Below are positions 28,095 through 39,619 of a stretch of 64,000 nucleotides of DNA, piece after piece (the first letter of the stretch is position 1; each line of letters starts with the position of its first letter). The notes beneath the pieces are model-generated. The model saw only the letters and a list, made by a program, of their open reading frames with translations, did no database searches and was not told where the DNA came from. This DNA is from an uncultured Geobacter sp. (GTDB lineage: Bacteria > Desulfobacterota > Desulfuromonadia > Geobacterales > DSM-12255), in contig CAYSJJ010000001.1 in NCBI GenBank assembly GCA_964431365.1, forward strand, positions 33,214 through 97,213, written 5' to 3'. The position numbers and the translations under genes are program-made.

Positions 28095-28117
28095 ACTGAA
28101 CGCAGCACGCTGAACGC
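28095..28117. repeat. Heptamer array 3' of glgP
   Basis: ACTGAAC GCAGCAC GCTGAAC; an inverted counterpart lies at 30699-30733. Confidence 0.7.
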
Positions 28118-28119
28118 TT

Positions 28120-30681
28120 CTACCCCCACACCAGCATGCCGGCCTCGTAGATCGGCCCGAGGACGTTGTGGCTCGGCAGTACCCTTACCAGAAACCCCTG
28201 CCGGCCGCAGAGGCGGCACTCGATGGTGCCGCTGAAGCGGTGCACGCCGGGGCTGACCTCCTCCACCGTGGCCAGGGGGGCGGTCTCGCCGCCGATGAGG
28301 GAGCCGCGGGAGTCGAGGATTCCGGTATAGACGTCTACGGCCAGGTCCTGCACCGGGATGTCGCCGGTGGCGACTATGGCGCTGACCGGGATCAGCGAGC
28401 CGACCGCCACGTCGTCCAGCTTGCTGGCCAGCACCTCCTGGATGCGTACCTGGTGCCACTGGCGGTGGAGCCGCTCCTTCCAGGCGGCCAGGTCGCGGGC
28501 CAGGGCCATCTCGCTCTGGCTCAGTATCTGCCACTGCCGGAACGAAGGGGAATAGAAGAGGCTCGAGTACTCCTGCACCATCCGGTCGGTGCTGAAGACC
28601 GGGCAGAGTGACTGCAGCGAGGCCTTCATGGCGGCGATCCATCCCCGTGGCATACCGTCGGCGCCCCGGTCGTAGAAGAGCGGGATCACCTCCTTCTCCA
28701 GGAGGTCGTAGATGGCGCGGCTCTCCACCTCGTTCTGGTACTCGATGTCGTCGTACACCTCGCCGTTGCCGATGGCCCAGCCGTTGTTCCCCTTGTACCC
28801 CTCGCACCACCAGCCGTCCAGGACGCTCAGGTTCAGGCCGCCGTTGAAGGCGACCTTCATGCCGCTGGTGCCGCTGGCCTCCATGGGGCGCCGCGGCGTG
28901 TTGAGCCAGACGTCCACCCCCTGCACCAGGTGGCGGGCAACGGAGATGTCATAGTCCTCCAGGAAGACGATTCGGTGGCGGAACTCCCCCTGGTGCGAGA
29001 ACTGGACGATCTCCCGGATCAGCTCCTTCCCCTGGTGGTCTGCCGGGTGCGCCTTGCCGGCAAAGATGATCTGCACCGGCCGCTCCGTATTGTTGAGGAT
29101 GCGGGAGAGCCGCTCCACGTCCCGCAGCAGCAGGGTCCCCCGCTTGTAGGTGGCGAAGCGGCGGGCAAAGCCGATGGTGAGGGTGTCGGGGTCAAGGACC
29201 TCGTCGGCGGTGGCGATCTCCTTGGCGCTCGCCCCCAGTTTGAAGAGCTGCTCCTTGAGGCGCTTGCGGGCGTAATCCACCAGGTGCTCGCGACCGTGGC
29301 GGTGGATGCGCCAGAGCTCGGTGTCGGGGATGCGGGAGATGCGGCGCCAGAGCGCCGAGTCGGTGGCGTCGTCCATCCAGCGGGTCCCCAGGTAGCGGAT
29401 CAGGAGCCCGGCCATCTCGTGGGAGATCCAGCTCTTGGCGTGAACGCCGTTGGTGATGGAGGTGAGGGGGATCTGTTCCCCCGGCAGTTCGGGCCAGAGG
29501 TCGCGCCACATCTTGCGGGAGATCTCGCCGTGGAGCTGGCTGACGCCGTTGGCGTGGCCGGCCAGCTTGAGGGCCAGGACCGCCATGCAGAACGGTTCGT
29601 GGTGGGCGCGCGGGTTGTGCCGGCCGAGGCCGAGGAATTCGTCGCGGGAGAGCCCCATGGCCCGGTAGTAGCGGCCGAGGTACTTGTCCACCAGGTCGGT
29701 GGGGAAGTGGTCGATCCCCGCCTCCACCGGGGTGTGGGTGGTGAAGATGTTGCCGGCCCGCACCACCTCGCGCGCCTCGCCGAAGGAGAGGCGGCGCTCC
29801 TCCATCAGGAGGCGGATCCGTTCCAGGGCCAGGAAGGCGGCGTGTCCCTCGTTCATATGGCAGACGTTCGGCTTGATCCCCAGGAGGCGGAGCGCCCGGA
29901 TGCCGCCGATCCCGAGGACGATCTCCTGGCGGATCCGCATGTCCTGGTCCCCGCCGTAGAGCCGGGTGGTGATTTCACGATCCTCGGGGGCGTTCTCGTC
30001 CAGGTTGGTGTCCAGCATGTAGAGGGGAACCCTCCCCACCTGCACCCGCCAGATCTGCCCCAGCACGCGGCGGCCGGTCATCTCCACCTCGAAGCGGAGC
30101 GGGTTTCCCTCCTCGTCCCGCTCCAGGTTGAGCGGCAGGTTGTAGAAGTCGTTCTCGGGATAGATCTCCTGCTGCCACCCCTCGATGTTCAGGTACTGGC
30201 GGAAGTACCCTTCCCGGTAGAGGAGGCCGATCCCCACCAGGGGGAGCCCCAGGTCGCTGGCCGATTTCATGTGGTCGCCGGAGAGGACCCCCAGGCCGCC
30301 GGAGTAGACAGGGATCGACTCGTGGATGCCGAATTCCATGGAGAAGTAGGCGATCCGCATCTCGTGGTCGCCGCCGCTCTTCTCGTACCAGGTACGACTG
30401 GTGAAATATTCCTGGATCTTCTCGTCCACCATGGCCAGGTGGGACATGAACCCCTCGTCGGTGATGAGGAGGTCGAGGGTCGCCTGCTGGAGCTGGCCGA
30501 GCATGGCCACCGGGTTGTGGCGGGTCTCCTTCCAGAGTTCGGCGTCGATCCGCTGGAAGAGCTTGATCGCCTCCGGTTCCCACGACCAGGAGAGGTTATA
30601 GGCGATCCGCTGCAAGGCTTCCAGTTCCTTGGGGAGCGAGGGAACCACGGTGAATCGGTGCACTATCTTGCTGAAGTCCAT
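28120..30681 (-). CDS. glgP: Alpha-glucan (glycogen) phosphorylase
   Basis: [32 protein letters not shown] and EASGTSGMK (PLP lysine). Confidence 0.97.
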   Translation of the reverse strand: MDFSKIVHRFTVVPSLPKELEALQRIAYNLSWSWEPEAIKLFQRIDAELWKETRHNPVAMLGQLQQATLDLLITDEGFMSHLAMVDEKIQEYFTSRTWYEKSGGDHEMRIAYFSMEFGIHESIPVYSGGLGVLSGDHMKSASDLGLPLVGIGLLYREGYFRQYLNIEGWQQEIYPENDFYNLPLNLERDEEGNPLRFEVEMTGRRVLGQIWRVQVGRVPLYMLDTNLDENAPEDREITTRLYGGDQDMRIRQEIVLGIGGIRALRLLGIKPNVCHMNEGHAAFLALERIRLLMEERRLSFGEAREVVRAGNIFTTHTPVEAGIDHFPTDLVDKYLGRYYRAMGLSRDEFLGLGRHNPRAHHEPFCMAVLALKLAGHANGVSQLHGEISRKMWRDLWPELPGEQIPLTSITNGVHAKSWISHEMAGLLIRYLGTRWMDDATDSALWRRISRIPDTELWRIHRHGREHLVDYARKRLKEQLFKLGASAKEIATADEVLDPDTLTIGFARRFATYKRGTLLLRDVERLSRILNNTERPVQIIFAGKAHPADHQGKELIREIVQFSHQGEFRHRIVFLEDYDISVARHLVQGVDVWLNTPRRPMEASGTSGMKVAFNGGLNLSVLDGWWCEGYKGNNGWAIGNGEVYDDIEYQNEVESRAIYDLLEKEVIPLFYDRGADGMPRGWIAAMKASLQSLCPVFSTDRMVQEYSSLFYSPSFRQWQILSQSEMALARDLAAWKERLHRQWHQVRIQEVLASKLDDVAVGSLIPVSAIVATGDIPVQDLAVDVYTGILDSRGSLIGGETAPLATVEEVSPGVHRFSGTIECRLCGRQGFLVRVLPSHNVLGPIYEAGMLVWG

Positions 30682-30698
30682 GGGGCCTCCTGTCGGGT

Positions 30699-30733
30699 GC
30701 GTGCGGCGTGCTGCGTGCGTTCAGTGTTCAGCG
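30699..30733. repeat. Heptamer array 5' of glgP
   Basis: GTGCGGC GTGCTGC GTGC GTTCAGT GTTCAGC; units are reverse complements of those at 28095-28117. Confidence 0.7.
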
Positions 30734-30756
30734 ACTAACGGGATCTGAAATAGTTG

Positions 30757-30876
30757 GGTTGCTCAAAAATGGTCAGATCGTCGCACCCGCAGCAAGCTTC
30801 GAGGGAGGCGTAGCGGCGCTACGCCGCACCGAGGGGCTTGCGAGGACGGCGGCGAGATGGCTGTTTTTCAGCAACC
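30757..30876 (-). repeat. Family A repeat, copy 2
   Basis: Nearly identical to 11075-11194; lies 4 bp after the stop codon of the response regulator. Confidence 0.95.
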
Positions 30877-30880
30877 TTTT

Positions 30881-32245
<1,365 letters not shown>

Positions 32246-32265
32246 CGTCTCTCCTTCAATCTGTC

Positions 32266-32327
32266 AACCCCTCCAAACTTCCCCCTTGATAAGGACACTC
32301 TGGGGTCTAAGGGGGACCGAGGGGGTT
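32266..32327. repeat. C/G-run REP-like palindrome
   Basis: AACCCCTC...TCCCCCTT...AAGGGGGA...GAGGGGGTT; overlaps the kinase stop codon. Confidence 0.55.
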
Positions 32328-33753
32328 AGGTTTGGGTTTGTTCTCCCGGCAGGGCCACCGTGAAGGTGGTGCCGACCCCGACGCTGCTGTCGACGGTGAT
32401 CTCGCCGCCGTGCTCCCTGATGATCCGCTCGGTGATGGCGAGCCCCAGGCCGATGCCGGCCTCCTTGCTGGTGAAGTAGGGCTGGAAGATCTTCTCCCGG
32501 TCCTCCGGGGGGATGCCGACCCCCTGGTCCCCGAAGGTGAGCCGGAACAGCCGTTCGTCGGGGGAGTAGGCGGCGCCGATGGTGATCGTCCCACCATCGG
32601 GCATGGCCTGGGCCGCGTTGGTGATGAAGTTCGTGATGCAGTTGCGCATCAGCTCCGGGTCGACCCAGAGCGGCGGCAGGTCGGCCGGGATGTTGGAGAC
32701 GAGCCAGATCCTCTGCTCGGCGAGCTTTGCCTCCAGGAGGACGAGCGCCTTGGTCACGATCTCCTGGTACGGCACGACCATCCGGCGGAGCTTGAGGGGG
32801 CGGCCGTAGTTCATGAAGTTCAGCACCATGTAGTTGGCCTTGCGGACCTCCTCCTTGATGTTGTCGGCAATGGCCGACAGCTCCTGGCTCCGCTCCGGGC
32901 AGTCGCTCCGGAACTCCTCCTTCAGGTGGTCGATGGCCAGACTGATATAGTTGAGGGGGTTCCTGATCTCGTGGGCGATGCCCGATGCCAGCTGTCCCAC
33001 CTTGGAGAGGTGCTCGGCCTCGTTCAGCCGCTGCTCCAGGTTCTGCCGCTCCCGGAGCTGTTCCACCATCTCGTTGCAGCTGCTGGCCAGTTCGCCGATC
33101 TCGTCGGTCCCCTCCACCGGGAAGGAAACGGTCAGGTCGCCCCCCGCCACCTTCTTGACACCGTCCACCAGCCGGTGGATCGGTTCCGTGTAGCGTCTGG
33201 CCAGGAACACGCTGACGGTGATCCCCAGCAGGAAGACCACGATGGTGCCGAGGAGCCGCCGCAGGAAGTTGGCGTGCTGGATGTCGCGGATATTGTCCAG
33301 GAGCAGGTTGATCTGGATGTAGCCGAGCTGCTCGTCGCCGACGATGACCGGCACCGTCAGGTTGTACGGCTTGAGGGAGATGCCGGCGGCCGACGGCCGG
33401 TGGCCGGGCGTGGCCTTGAGCCCCTTCTCCATCTTGTGCACGTCGCGGCGCTTGCCGACCTTGGCCGGGTCGGAGGAGTCGATGATCTCCCCCTCGTTGT
33501 TGATGATGTTGATCTCGTTGATCCCCTTGGCCCGGGCCTGCTTCATGTATTCGGTCAGGCGGGAGGTCTGGGTGTCGTCCTCGGAGGTGAGGTCCTCCAC
33601 GCTCATCTGGATCGCCTTGGAGACCTCGGTGGAGCTGTCCTGGATCTCCTGGACCAGGTCGTTCTGGCTGAACTGGTTCAGGGTGAAGAGGATGAAGACG
33701 GCGATGATCAGCAGCGTGAGCATGATGATCACCAGCTTGGCGGTCAGTTTCAT
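32326..33753 (-). CDS. HAMP-domain sensor histidine kinase
   Basis: Two TMs, HAMP (DEIGELA), AHEIRNPL, NAAQAM, DQGVGI and GLGLAI. Confidence 0.95.
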   Translation of the reverse strand: MKLTAKLVIIMLTLLIIAVFILFTLNQFSQNDLVQEIQDSSTEVSKAIQMSVEDLTSEDDTQTSRLTEYMKQARAKGINEINIINNEGEIIDSSDPAKVGKRRDVHKMEKGLKATPGHRPSAAGISLKPYNLTVPVIVGDEQLGYIQINLLLDNIRDIQHANFLRRLLGTIVVFLLGITVSVFLARRYTEPIHRLVDGVKKVAGGDLTVSFPVEGTDEIGELASSCNEMVEQLRERQNLEQRLNEAEHLSKVGQLASGIAHEIRNPLNYISLAIDHLKEEFRSDCPERSQELSAIADNIKEEVRKANYMVLNFMNYGRPLKLRRMVVPYQEIVTKALVLLEAKLAEQRIWLVSNIPADLPPLWVDPELMRNCITNFITNAAQAMPDGGTITIGAAYSPDERLFRLTFGDQGVGIPPEDREKIFQPYFTSKEAGIGLGLAITERIIREHGGEITVDSSVGVGTTFTVALPGEQTQT

Positions 33754-33767
33754 TAGTATCCTATGGC

Positions 33768-33886
33768 GGTTGCTGAAAAACGGCCATCTCGCCGCCGTCC
33801 TCGCTCGCTTCCTTGTGCGGCGTAGCGATGCTACGCCTCCGCGGAGCTCGCTGCGGGTGCGACGATCTGACCATTTTTGAGCAACC
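33768..33886 (+). repeat. Family A repeat, copy 3
   Basis: GGTTGCTGAAAAACGGCCA...TGACCATTTTTGAGCAACC, in the divergent kinase/hypA region. Confidence 0.95.
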
Positions 33887-34033
33887 TCGGTGTTTCAGCA
33901 TCCTTAAAGCGGCGTCTGGCGGCGAAAGTATACACCACCCCCGGCGGGCAGACAAGCGGCATGGGGGGAGCAACGTATACAGTTCATTTCCGCCGTGGTT
34001 TCTGGTACGATGCCGCATCGGAAAGGGGCCAGC

Positions 34034-34366
34034 ATGCACGAGATGTCCATTACCCAGAGCATCGTGGAGATCTGCGAGGAGCACGCCGGAGGTCGGCGCG
34101 TCCGTTCGGTTACCCTGGAGATCGGCGAGCTCTCCGGCGTGGTGCCTGATGCGGTGGAGTTCTGCTTCGCCGCCTGCACCCGGGACACGCTTCTGGACGG
34201 AGCTCTGCTGACCATCGACCAGATACCGGGGCGGGCGCTCTGCACGGGGTGTCAGACCGAGGTCCCGGTGCACGCCTACTACGATCCCTGTCCGGCCTGC
34301 GGCAGCTACGGCCTTGCCATCCGCAGCGGCGAAGAGCTGCGGGTCAAAGAACTGGAGGTAGACTAG
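34034..34366 (+). CDS. hypA: Hydrogenase nickel metallochaperone HypA
   Basis: MHEMSI, two CxxC motifs (CTGC, CPAC) and GEEL. Confidence 0.96.
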   Translation: MHEMSITQSIVEICEEHAGGRRVRSVTLEIGELSGVVPDAVEFCFAACTRDTLLDGALLTIDQIPGRALCTGCQTEVPVHAYYDPCPACGSYGLAIRSGEELRVKELEVD

Positions 34367-34368
34367 CC

Positions 34369-35163
34369 ATGTGCACCACCTGCGGCTGCGGGCCGCATGA
34401 CCATCACCACGATCATGATCACGACCATTCCCGCGGGCACCATCACCACGGTCACGCCCACCATCACCACCACGATGAACCCTCTTCCGCAGGCCGCGAA
34501 AAGATCGCCGTCGAGACCGACATCCTGGCCAAGAACAACCGGCTGGCAGCCGCCAACCGGCATCTGTTCCGGGAAAAGGGGCTCTTCGTACTGAACCTGG
34601 TCAGTTCGCCCGGCTCCGGCAAGACCACCATCCTGGAGCGGACCCTGTCCGACCTGGCGGGGAGAAGCCGCTGCGCGGTCATCGAGGGTGACCAGCAGAC
34701 CGACAACGACGCCCGGCGGATCGCCGCCACAGGCGTAGCGGTGAAGCAGATCAATACCGGCGCCGGCTGCCACCTGGACGCCCACATGGTTGCCCACGCG
34801 GTGGACGAATTCCCGCTGGACGAACTGGAGCTCCTCTTCATCGAGAACGTGGGGAACCTGGTCTGCCCGGCCTCCTTCGACCTGGGCGAACACCACAAGG
34901 TGGTGGTCCTCTCGGTCACCGAGGGGGAGGACAAACCGCTCAAGTACCCCCAGATGTTCCACGCGGCCGACGTGATGCTGCTCAACAAGGTCGACCTCCT
35001 TCCCCACCTGGATTTCGACGTGGAGCGATGCTGCGAATTCGCCCGGCAGGTCAGCCCCGGCATCCGGATCTTCCGGCTCTCCAGCCGGACCGGCGAGGGT
35101 ATGGACGCCTGGTACGCCTGGCTGCAGGAAAGGCAGGCAGCGACAACGGCAAAGAACGGCTGA
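34369..35163 (+). CDS. hypB: Hydrogenase nickel incorporation GTPase HypB
   Basis: MCTTCGC, His-rich linker (17 His), [22 protein letters not shown] and NKVD. Confidence 0.97.
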   Translation: MCTTCGCGPHDHHHDHDHDHSRGHHHHGHAHHHHHDEPSSAGREKIAVETDILAKNNRLAAANRHLFREKGLFVLNLVSSPGSGKTTILERTLSDLAGRSRCAVIEGDQQTDNDARRIAATGVAVKQINTGAGCHLDAHMVAHAVDEFPLDELELLFIENVGNLVCPASFDLGEHHKVVVLSVTEGEDKPLKYPQMFHAADVMLLNKVDLLPHLDFDVERCCEFARQVSPGIRIFRLSSRTGEGMDAWYAWLQERQAATTAKNG

Positions 35164-35178
35164 TAGTAACGTCGAAAG

Positions 35179-35256
35179 CCCCCACCCCTGCCCTCCCCCT
35201 CCTGGGGAGGGAGACAAACCTCCTCCCCCAAGCGGGGGGAGGTCGGGAGGGGGGTG
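35179..35256. repeat. Paired C/G-run REP-like hairpins
   Basis: CCCTCCCC-N5-GGGGAGGG and CCTCCCCC...GGGGGAGG within outer complementary arms. Confidence 0.7.
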
Positions 35257-35297
35257 ATGTTAGGAATGATAACGGTACCTCCTTACCCGGTTCACAG

Positions 35298-37613
35298 ATG
35301 ATCAAACGGCTGCGCATAGAGATCGAAGGGATCGTCCAGGGGGTCGGGTTCCGTCCCTTCGTGTACCGCCAGGCCTGCAGCAGGCGGCTGGCCGGATCCG
35401 TGCGGAACACTCCCCTGGGGGTGGTGATCGAGGTGGAGGGGGAAGAGGCGCTGCTTCGGGAGTTCGTTGCCGCCCTGGAACGGGAGGCCCCCCCCCTGGC
35501 GAGCATCACCGCCTTCCGCCCACTGGAGATCGCCACCTGCGGCGGACGGGAGTTCGTCATCGCGGAGAGTGGCACCGGGATAGCGGCCGCCCAGGTCGCC
35601 CCGGACGCGGACGTCTGCCCCGACTGCCTGCGGGAGCTCTTCGACCCGGCGGACCGGCGGTACCGCTATCCGTTCATCAACTGCACCAACTGCGGCCCCC
35701 GATACTCCATCATCACGGCCGTTCCCTACGACCGCCCCTCCACCACCATGGCCCCGTTCCCCATGTGCACGGCCTGCCGGCGCGAGTACGAGGACCCGTC
35801 CGACCGCCGGTTCCATGCCCAGCCCAACGCCTGCCCGGTCTGCGGACCGCATCTGCGGCTGCTGGACGGCTCGGGGAGGCGGGTGGCCGGCGATCCCGTC
35901 ACCACGGCCATCGGACTGCTCCGGGAGGGACGAATCCTGGCAATCAAGGGGACCGGCGGGTTCCACCTGGCCGTGGATGCCGGCAATCCGGAGGCCGTGG
36001 CCGAACTCCGCCGCCGCAAGCAGCGTGACGAGAAGCCGTTCGCGCTCATGGCCTTCGACCTTGAGCGGATCAGGGGCTTTGCCGAACCGACGGCCATGGA
36101 GGAGCGGCTCCTGGCCGGCCCGGAACGGCCGATCGTGCTGATTAGAAAGCTGGCTCAGGACCCAAGAGGGCCTAAAGGTTCGGGGCTCGGGGCTGGGAAT
36201 AGCCCCATAGCCCCGCTGGTGGCGCCGGCCAACGGCTACTACGGGGTGATGCTCCCCTCGACGCCGCTCCACTACCTGCTGCTCCGGGAGACCTTTCCGG
36301 CCTTGGTCATGACCAGCGCCAACGTCTCCGACGAGCCGATCGTCCACCGAGACCAGGAGGCCCTGGCCACCCTGGCAGGGATCGCCGACGCGTTCCTGAC
36401 CCATGACCGGGCCATCCATACCCGGGAGGACGATGCGGTGATCAGGGTCTTCCGGGGGGGGCCGCTCTTTCTCCGCCGCTCCCGCGGCTACGTCCCCCGC
36501 GGTGTGCAGCTGCCGGCCACGCAGCGCTCCGTGCTGGCAGTGGGGGGGGAGCTGAAGAGCGCCGCCTGCCTGACCCGGGGGGACCGGGCCTTTCTGACCC
36601 AGCACGTGGGGGACCTGAAGAACGCGGCGACCTTCGCCTCCCTGGAGGAGGTGATCGGCCACCTGCAGCGGCTCCTGGAGATCGAGCCGGTCGTGGTGGC
36701 CCACGATCTCCACCCCGACTACCATTCGACCCTCCACGCCGCCGCCATCGCCGGCCTTCCCAAGGTGGTGGTCCAGCACCACCACGCCCATCTGGCGTCC
36801 TGCATGGCCGAGAACCGCCTGGAAGGGGATACCCTGGGGGTGATCTTCGACGGCATGGGGTATGGCCTGGATGGCACGGCCTGGGGGGGGGAGTTCCTCC
36901 TGGGGGGATACCGGACGTTCAGGAGGGTCGGTTTCATGAGGCCGGTGCCGATGCCGGGGGGGGATGCGGCGGCCCGTGAGCCGTTCCGGATGGCCATCTC
37001 CTGGCTCCGGGAGGCACGGGGCGACTCCCTGTTCCAGCTCCCGCTCGACTGCTTCCGGCATCTGGGGAGCCAGGAGCGGAAGCTTTTCCTCCGGATGCTG
37101 GAGCGCGGGGTGAATTCCCCGCTCACCAGCAGCTGCGGCCGCCTCTTCGACGGGGTGGCGGCGCTCCTCGGTCTGCGGAGCCATGCGAGCTACGAGGGGC
37201 AGGCGGCCATCGAACTGGAAGGGATTGCCGAGCACGGGACGGTGCGGGCGGCGTACCCCTTTGCGATCACCCGGGACGGGGAGGGGCGGCAGCTGGACCT
37301 GCGCCCCCTGATCTCCGTCATCGTGGAGGAGGTGCTGGGGGGGGTGCCGCCAGCGGACATCGCCGCCACCTTCCACCACTCCCTGGCGTTGGCGGTGGCC
37401 GCCGTCTGCCGGGCGATCCGCAGCGAACAGGGTTGCGGCCGGGTTGCCCTCTCCGGCGGGGTGTTCCAGAACCGCCTCCTCACCGAGGGGGTGGCGGCGT
37501 TTCTGGAGCAGGACGGCTTCACGGTGTTCACCCAGCGGCTGGTCCCCCCCAATGACGGGGGGCTGGCCCTTGGACAGGCGGTCATAGCGGGAAGGAGTTA
37601 TTTATGTGCGTAG
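35298..37613 (+). CDS. hypF: Carbamoyltransferase HypF
   Basis: GIVQGVGFRP, Zn fingers (CPDC, CTNCGPRY, CTAC, CPVCGP), QHHHAH and PPNDGG. Confidence 0.97.
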   Translation: MIKRLRIEIEGIVQGVGFRPFVYRQACSRRLAGSVRNTPLGVVIEVEGEEALLREFVAALEREAPPLASITAFRPLEIATCGGREFVIAESGTGIAAAQVAPDADVCPDCLRELFDPADRRYRYPFINCTNCGPRYSIITAVPYDRPSTTMAPFPMCTACRREYEDPSDRRFHAQPNACPVCGPHLRLLDGSGRRVAGDPVTTAIGLLREGRILAIKGTGGFHLAVDAGNPEAVAELRRRKQRDEKPFALMAFDLERIRGFAEPTAMEERLLAGPERPIVLIRKLAQDPRGPKGSGLGAGNSPIAPLVAPANGYYGVMLPSTPLHYLLLRETFPALVMTSANVSDEPIVHRDQEALATLAGIADAFLTHDRAIHTREDDAVIRVFRGGPLFLRRSRGYVPRGVQLPATQRSVLAVGGELKSAACLTRGDRAFLTQHVGDLKNAATFASLEEVIGHLQRLLEIEPVVVAHDLHPDYHSTLHAAAIAGLPKVVVQHHHAHLASCMAENRLEGDTLGVIFDGMGYGLDGTAWGGEFLLGGYRTFRRVGFMRPVPMPGGDAAAREPFRMAISWLREARGDSLFQLPLDCFRHLGSQERKLFLRMLERGVNSPLTSSCGRLFDGVAALLGLRSHASYEGQAAIELEGIAEHGTVRAAYPFAITRDGEGRQLDLRPLISVIVEEVLGGVPPADIAATFHHSLALAVAAVCRAIRSEQGCGRVALSGGVFQNRLLTEGVAAFLEQDGFTVFTQRLVPPNDGGLALGQAVIAGRSYLCA

Positions 37614-37834
37614 GGGTGCCGATGCAGGTGGTGAGCATCGACGGAAGCGATGCCGTGGCGGAGATCGACGGCGTCAGGCGGCAGGCGAGCCTCATGCTCC
37701 TGGCCGACGAGGTGCAGGTGGGGGATTTCGTCATCGTCCATGCCGGCTTCGCCATTTCCCGGCTGGATGAGGAGGAGGCGCGGGAGACGCTGGCGATGAT
37801 GCGCGAGATCTTCTCGCCGGAGGATATGCAGTGA
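37604..37834 (+). CDS. hypC: HypC chaperone
   Basis: MCVGVP and VGDFVIVHAGFA. Confidence 0.96.
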   Translation: MCVGVPMQVVSIDGSDAVAEIDGVRRQASLMLLADEVQVGDFVIVHAGFAISRLDEEEARETLAMMREIFSPEDMQ

Positions 37835-38922
37835 ATTACCAGGACGACTTCAGGAACCGGGAGCTGGTGCTGGGGCTGGCCGGGGAGCTGAAACGTCTGG
37901 TGGCGGGGAGCAGCCGGACCCTCACCTTCATGGAGGTCTGCGGCACCCATACCATGGCCATCTACCAGTTCGGCCTGCGCGGCCTCCTGCCGCCGCAGGT
38001 GCGGCTGATTTCCGGTCCCGGCTGCCCGGTCTGCGTCACGCCGGTGGGGTACGTGGACCAGGCGGTGGCCTACAGCAATCAGCCGGACACCATCGTCGCC
38101 ACCTTCGGCGACATGGTGCGGGTGCCTGGTTCGTCGTCGTCCCTCCTGGCCGAGCGGGCCAAAGGCGCCGACATCCGGATCGTCTACTCCCCCCTGGATG
38201 CCGTCGGACTGGCCGCGGCCAATCCGGGCAAGCGGGTGATCTTCCTCGGGGTCGGTTTCGAGACCACGGCGCCGACCATTGCCGGCAGCATCCTGACTGC
38301 CAGCGCCAAGGGGCTCGACAACTACTTTGTCCTGACCGCCCACAAGACCATGCCGGCACCGATGCGGGTCCTGTCGGCCGACCCGGAGCTGGCCCTGGAC
38401 GGCTACCTCTGCCCGGCCCACGTGAGCGCCATTGTCGGCGCCGACACCTACCGGTTCCTGGCCGACGAGTTCGGCCTCGCCTGCGTGGTCACCGGCTTCG
38501 AGCCGGCCGACGTGCTGCAGGGGGTGATCATGCTGGTCCGCCAGGTGCTGGCGGGGGAAAGCCGGGTGGAGATCCAGTACAGCCGGGTGGTTTCGTGGGA
38601 AGGGAACAGGAAGGCGCTTTCCGTCATGGGGGAGGTGCTCACCCCCTGCGATGCCGACTGGCGGGGGATCGGCACCATCCCCGGGAGCGGGCTGGCCATC
38701 AACGACCGGTATGCCTCGTTCGACCCGCTGCGGGTCATGCCGGTGAAGGTGGAGCCGCCCCGCGAGCCGTCAGGCTGCTGCTGCGGGGAGATCCTGAAGG
38801 GGAAGATCGCGCCGCTGGACTGCCCGCTGTTCGGCACCGTCTGCACGCCGGAGGAGCCGGTGGGTGCCTGCATGGTCTCCAGCGAGGGGACCTGCGCCGC
38901 AGCCTATAAATACGGACAGTGA
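37831..38922 (+). CDS. hypD: HypD
   Basis: MEVCGTH, GPGCPVC, GFETT, PAHVS and CMVSSEGTC. Confidence 0.97.
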   Translation: MNYQDDFRNRELVLGLAGELKRLVAGSSRTLTFMEVCGTHTMAIYQFGLRGLLPPQVRLISGPGCPVCVTPVGYVDQAVAYSNQPDTIVATFGDMVRVPGSSSSLLAERAKGADIRIVYSPLDAVGLAAANPGKRVIFLGVGFETTAPTIAGSILTASAKGLDNYFVLTAHKTMPAPMRVLSADPELALDGYLCPAHVSAIVGADTYRFLADEFGLACVVTGFEPADVLQGVIMLVRQVLAGESRVEIQYSRVVSWEGNRKALSVMGEVLTPCDADWRGIGTIPGSGLAINDRYASFDPLRVMPVKVEPPREPSGCCCGEILKGKIAPLDCPLFGTVCTPEEPVGACMVSSEGTCAAAYKYGQ

Positions 38923-38923
38923 C

Positions 38924-39063
38924 GGTTGCTGAAAAACAGCCATCTCGCCGCCGTCCTCGCAAGCCGCCTTGTGCGGCGTAGCGCTGTTTATGCCCGATGT
39001 GTGGGTACTACGCCTCCGCGGGGCTTTCTGCGGGTGCGACGATCTGGCTATTTTTGATCAACC
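38924..39063 (+). repeat. Family A repeat, copy 4, with a 21-bp insertion in the central loop
   Basis: Same ends as the other copies; extra TTTATGCCCGATGTGTGGGTA at 38987-39007. Confidence 0.92.
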
Positions 39064-39100
39064 TGAGATTTAGGGCTGGGGCACGCTGAAAGAGACCTCA

Positions 39101-39124
39101 GCGTTTCTCTGCGTACTCTGCGGT
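39101..39124. repeat. CTCTGCG-type repeat half
   Basis: GCGTTTCTCTGCGTACTCTGCGGT; reverse complement (one mismatch) at 48424-48447. Confidence 0.75.
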
Positions 39125-39140
39125 GTAAGTTTTTCGCAAT

Positions 39141-39172
39141 AAAAAAACCCCCGCCGGTTGGCGGGGGTTTTT
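39141..39172. terminator. Bidirectional rho-independent terminator
   Basis: AAAAAAACCCCCGCC-GGTT-GGCGGGGGTTTTT. Confidence 0.9.
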
Positions 39173-39221
39173 CATATTGATACAAGGTCCGTGACTGCCG
39201 GCAGAAAATAGCAGCGACTGC

Positions 39222-39506
39222 TTACTTCTTCTTGGAGGTAACCGTGTCCTTGAGGGCCTTGCCCGGACGGAACTTGGGAACCTTTGCGGCGGCAATCTTG
39301 ATCTCTTTGCCAGTCTGGGGGTTGCGGCCGGTACGGGCCTTGCGGGTAGCGACTTCGAAGCTGCCGAAGCCGACGAGTGTGACCCGGTCACCTTTCTTCA
39401 GCGCATCGCTCACAGCGGAGATGAAGCCGTTCACGGCCTTCTCTGCAGCGGCTTTGGTAAGGCTGGCGGATTTGGCGACTGAATCGATGAGTTCTGCTTT
39501 AGTCAT
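39222..39506 (-). CDS. hup: DNA-binding protein HU
   Basis: MTKAELI...VTLVGFGSF...[10 protein letters not shown]...[19 protein letters not shown]. Confidence 0.97.
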   Translation of the reverse strand: MTKAELIDSVAKSASLTKAAAEKAVNGFISAVSDALKKGDRVTLVGFGSFEVATRKARTGRNPQTGKEIKIAAAKVPKFRPGKALKDTVTSKKK

Positions 39507-39619
39507 ACGATACCTCCCTGATTTGTGAAAGTTTTTCAAACTATAGACATAATTTTCGGCATTGCAAGGAATTATTTTAAAGAAATAATTTTTTTTAAGG
39601 CCGCGAAGCCCCGCCAAAT

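Noticed and set aside
34369..34480. His-rich tract in HypB as a novelty
   Set aside because: This is a well-known nickel-storage feature of many HypB proteins.
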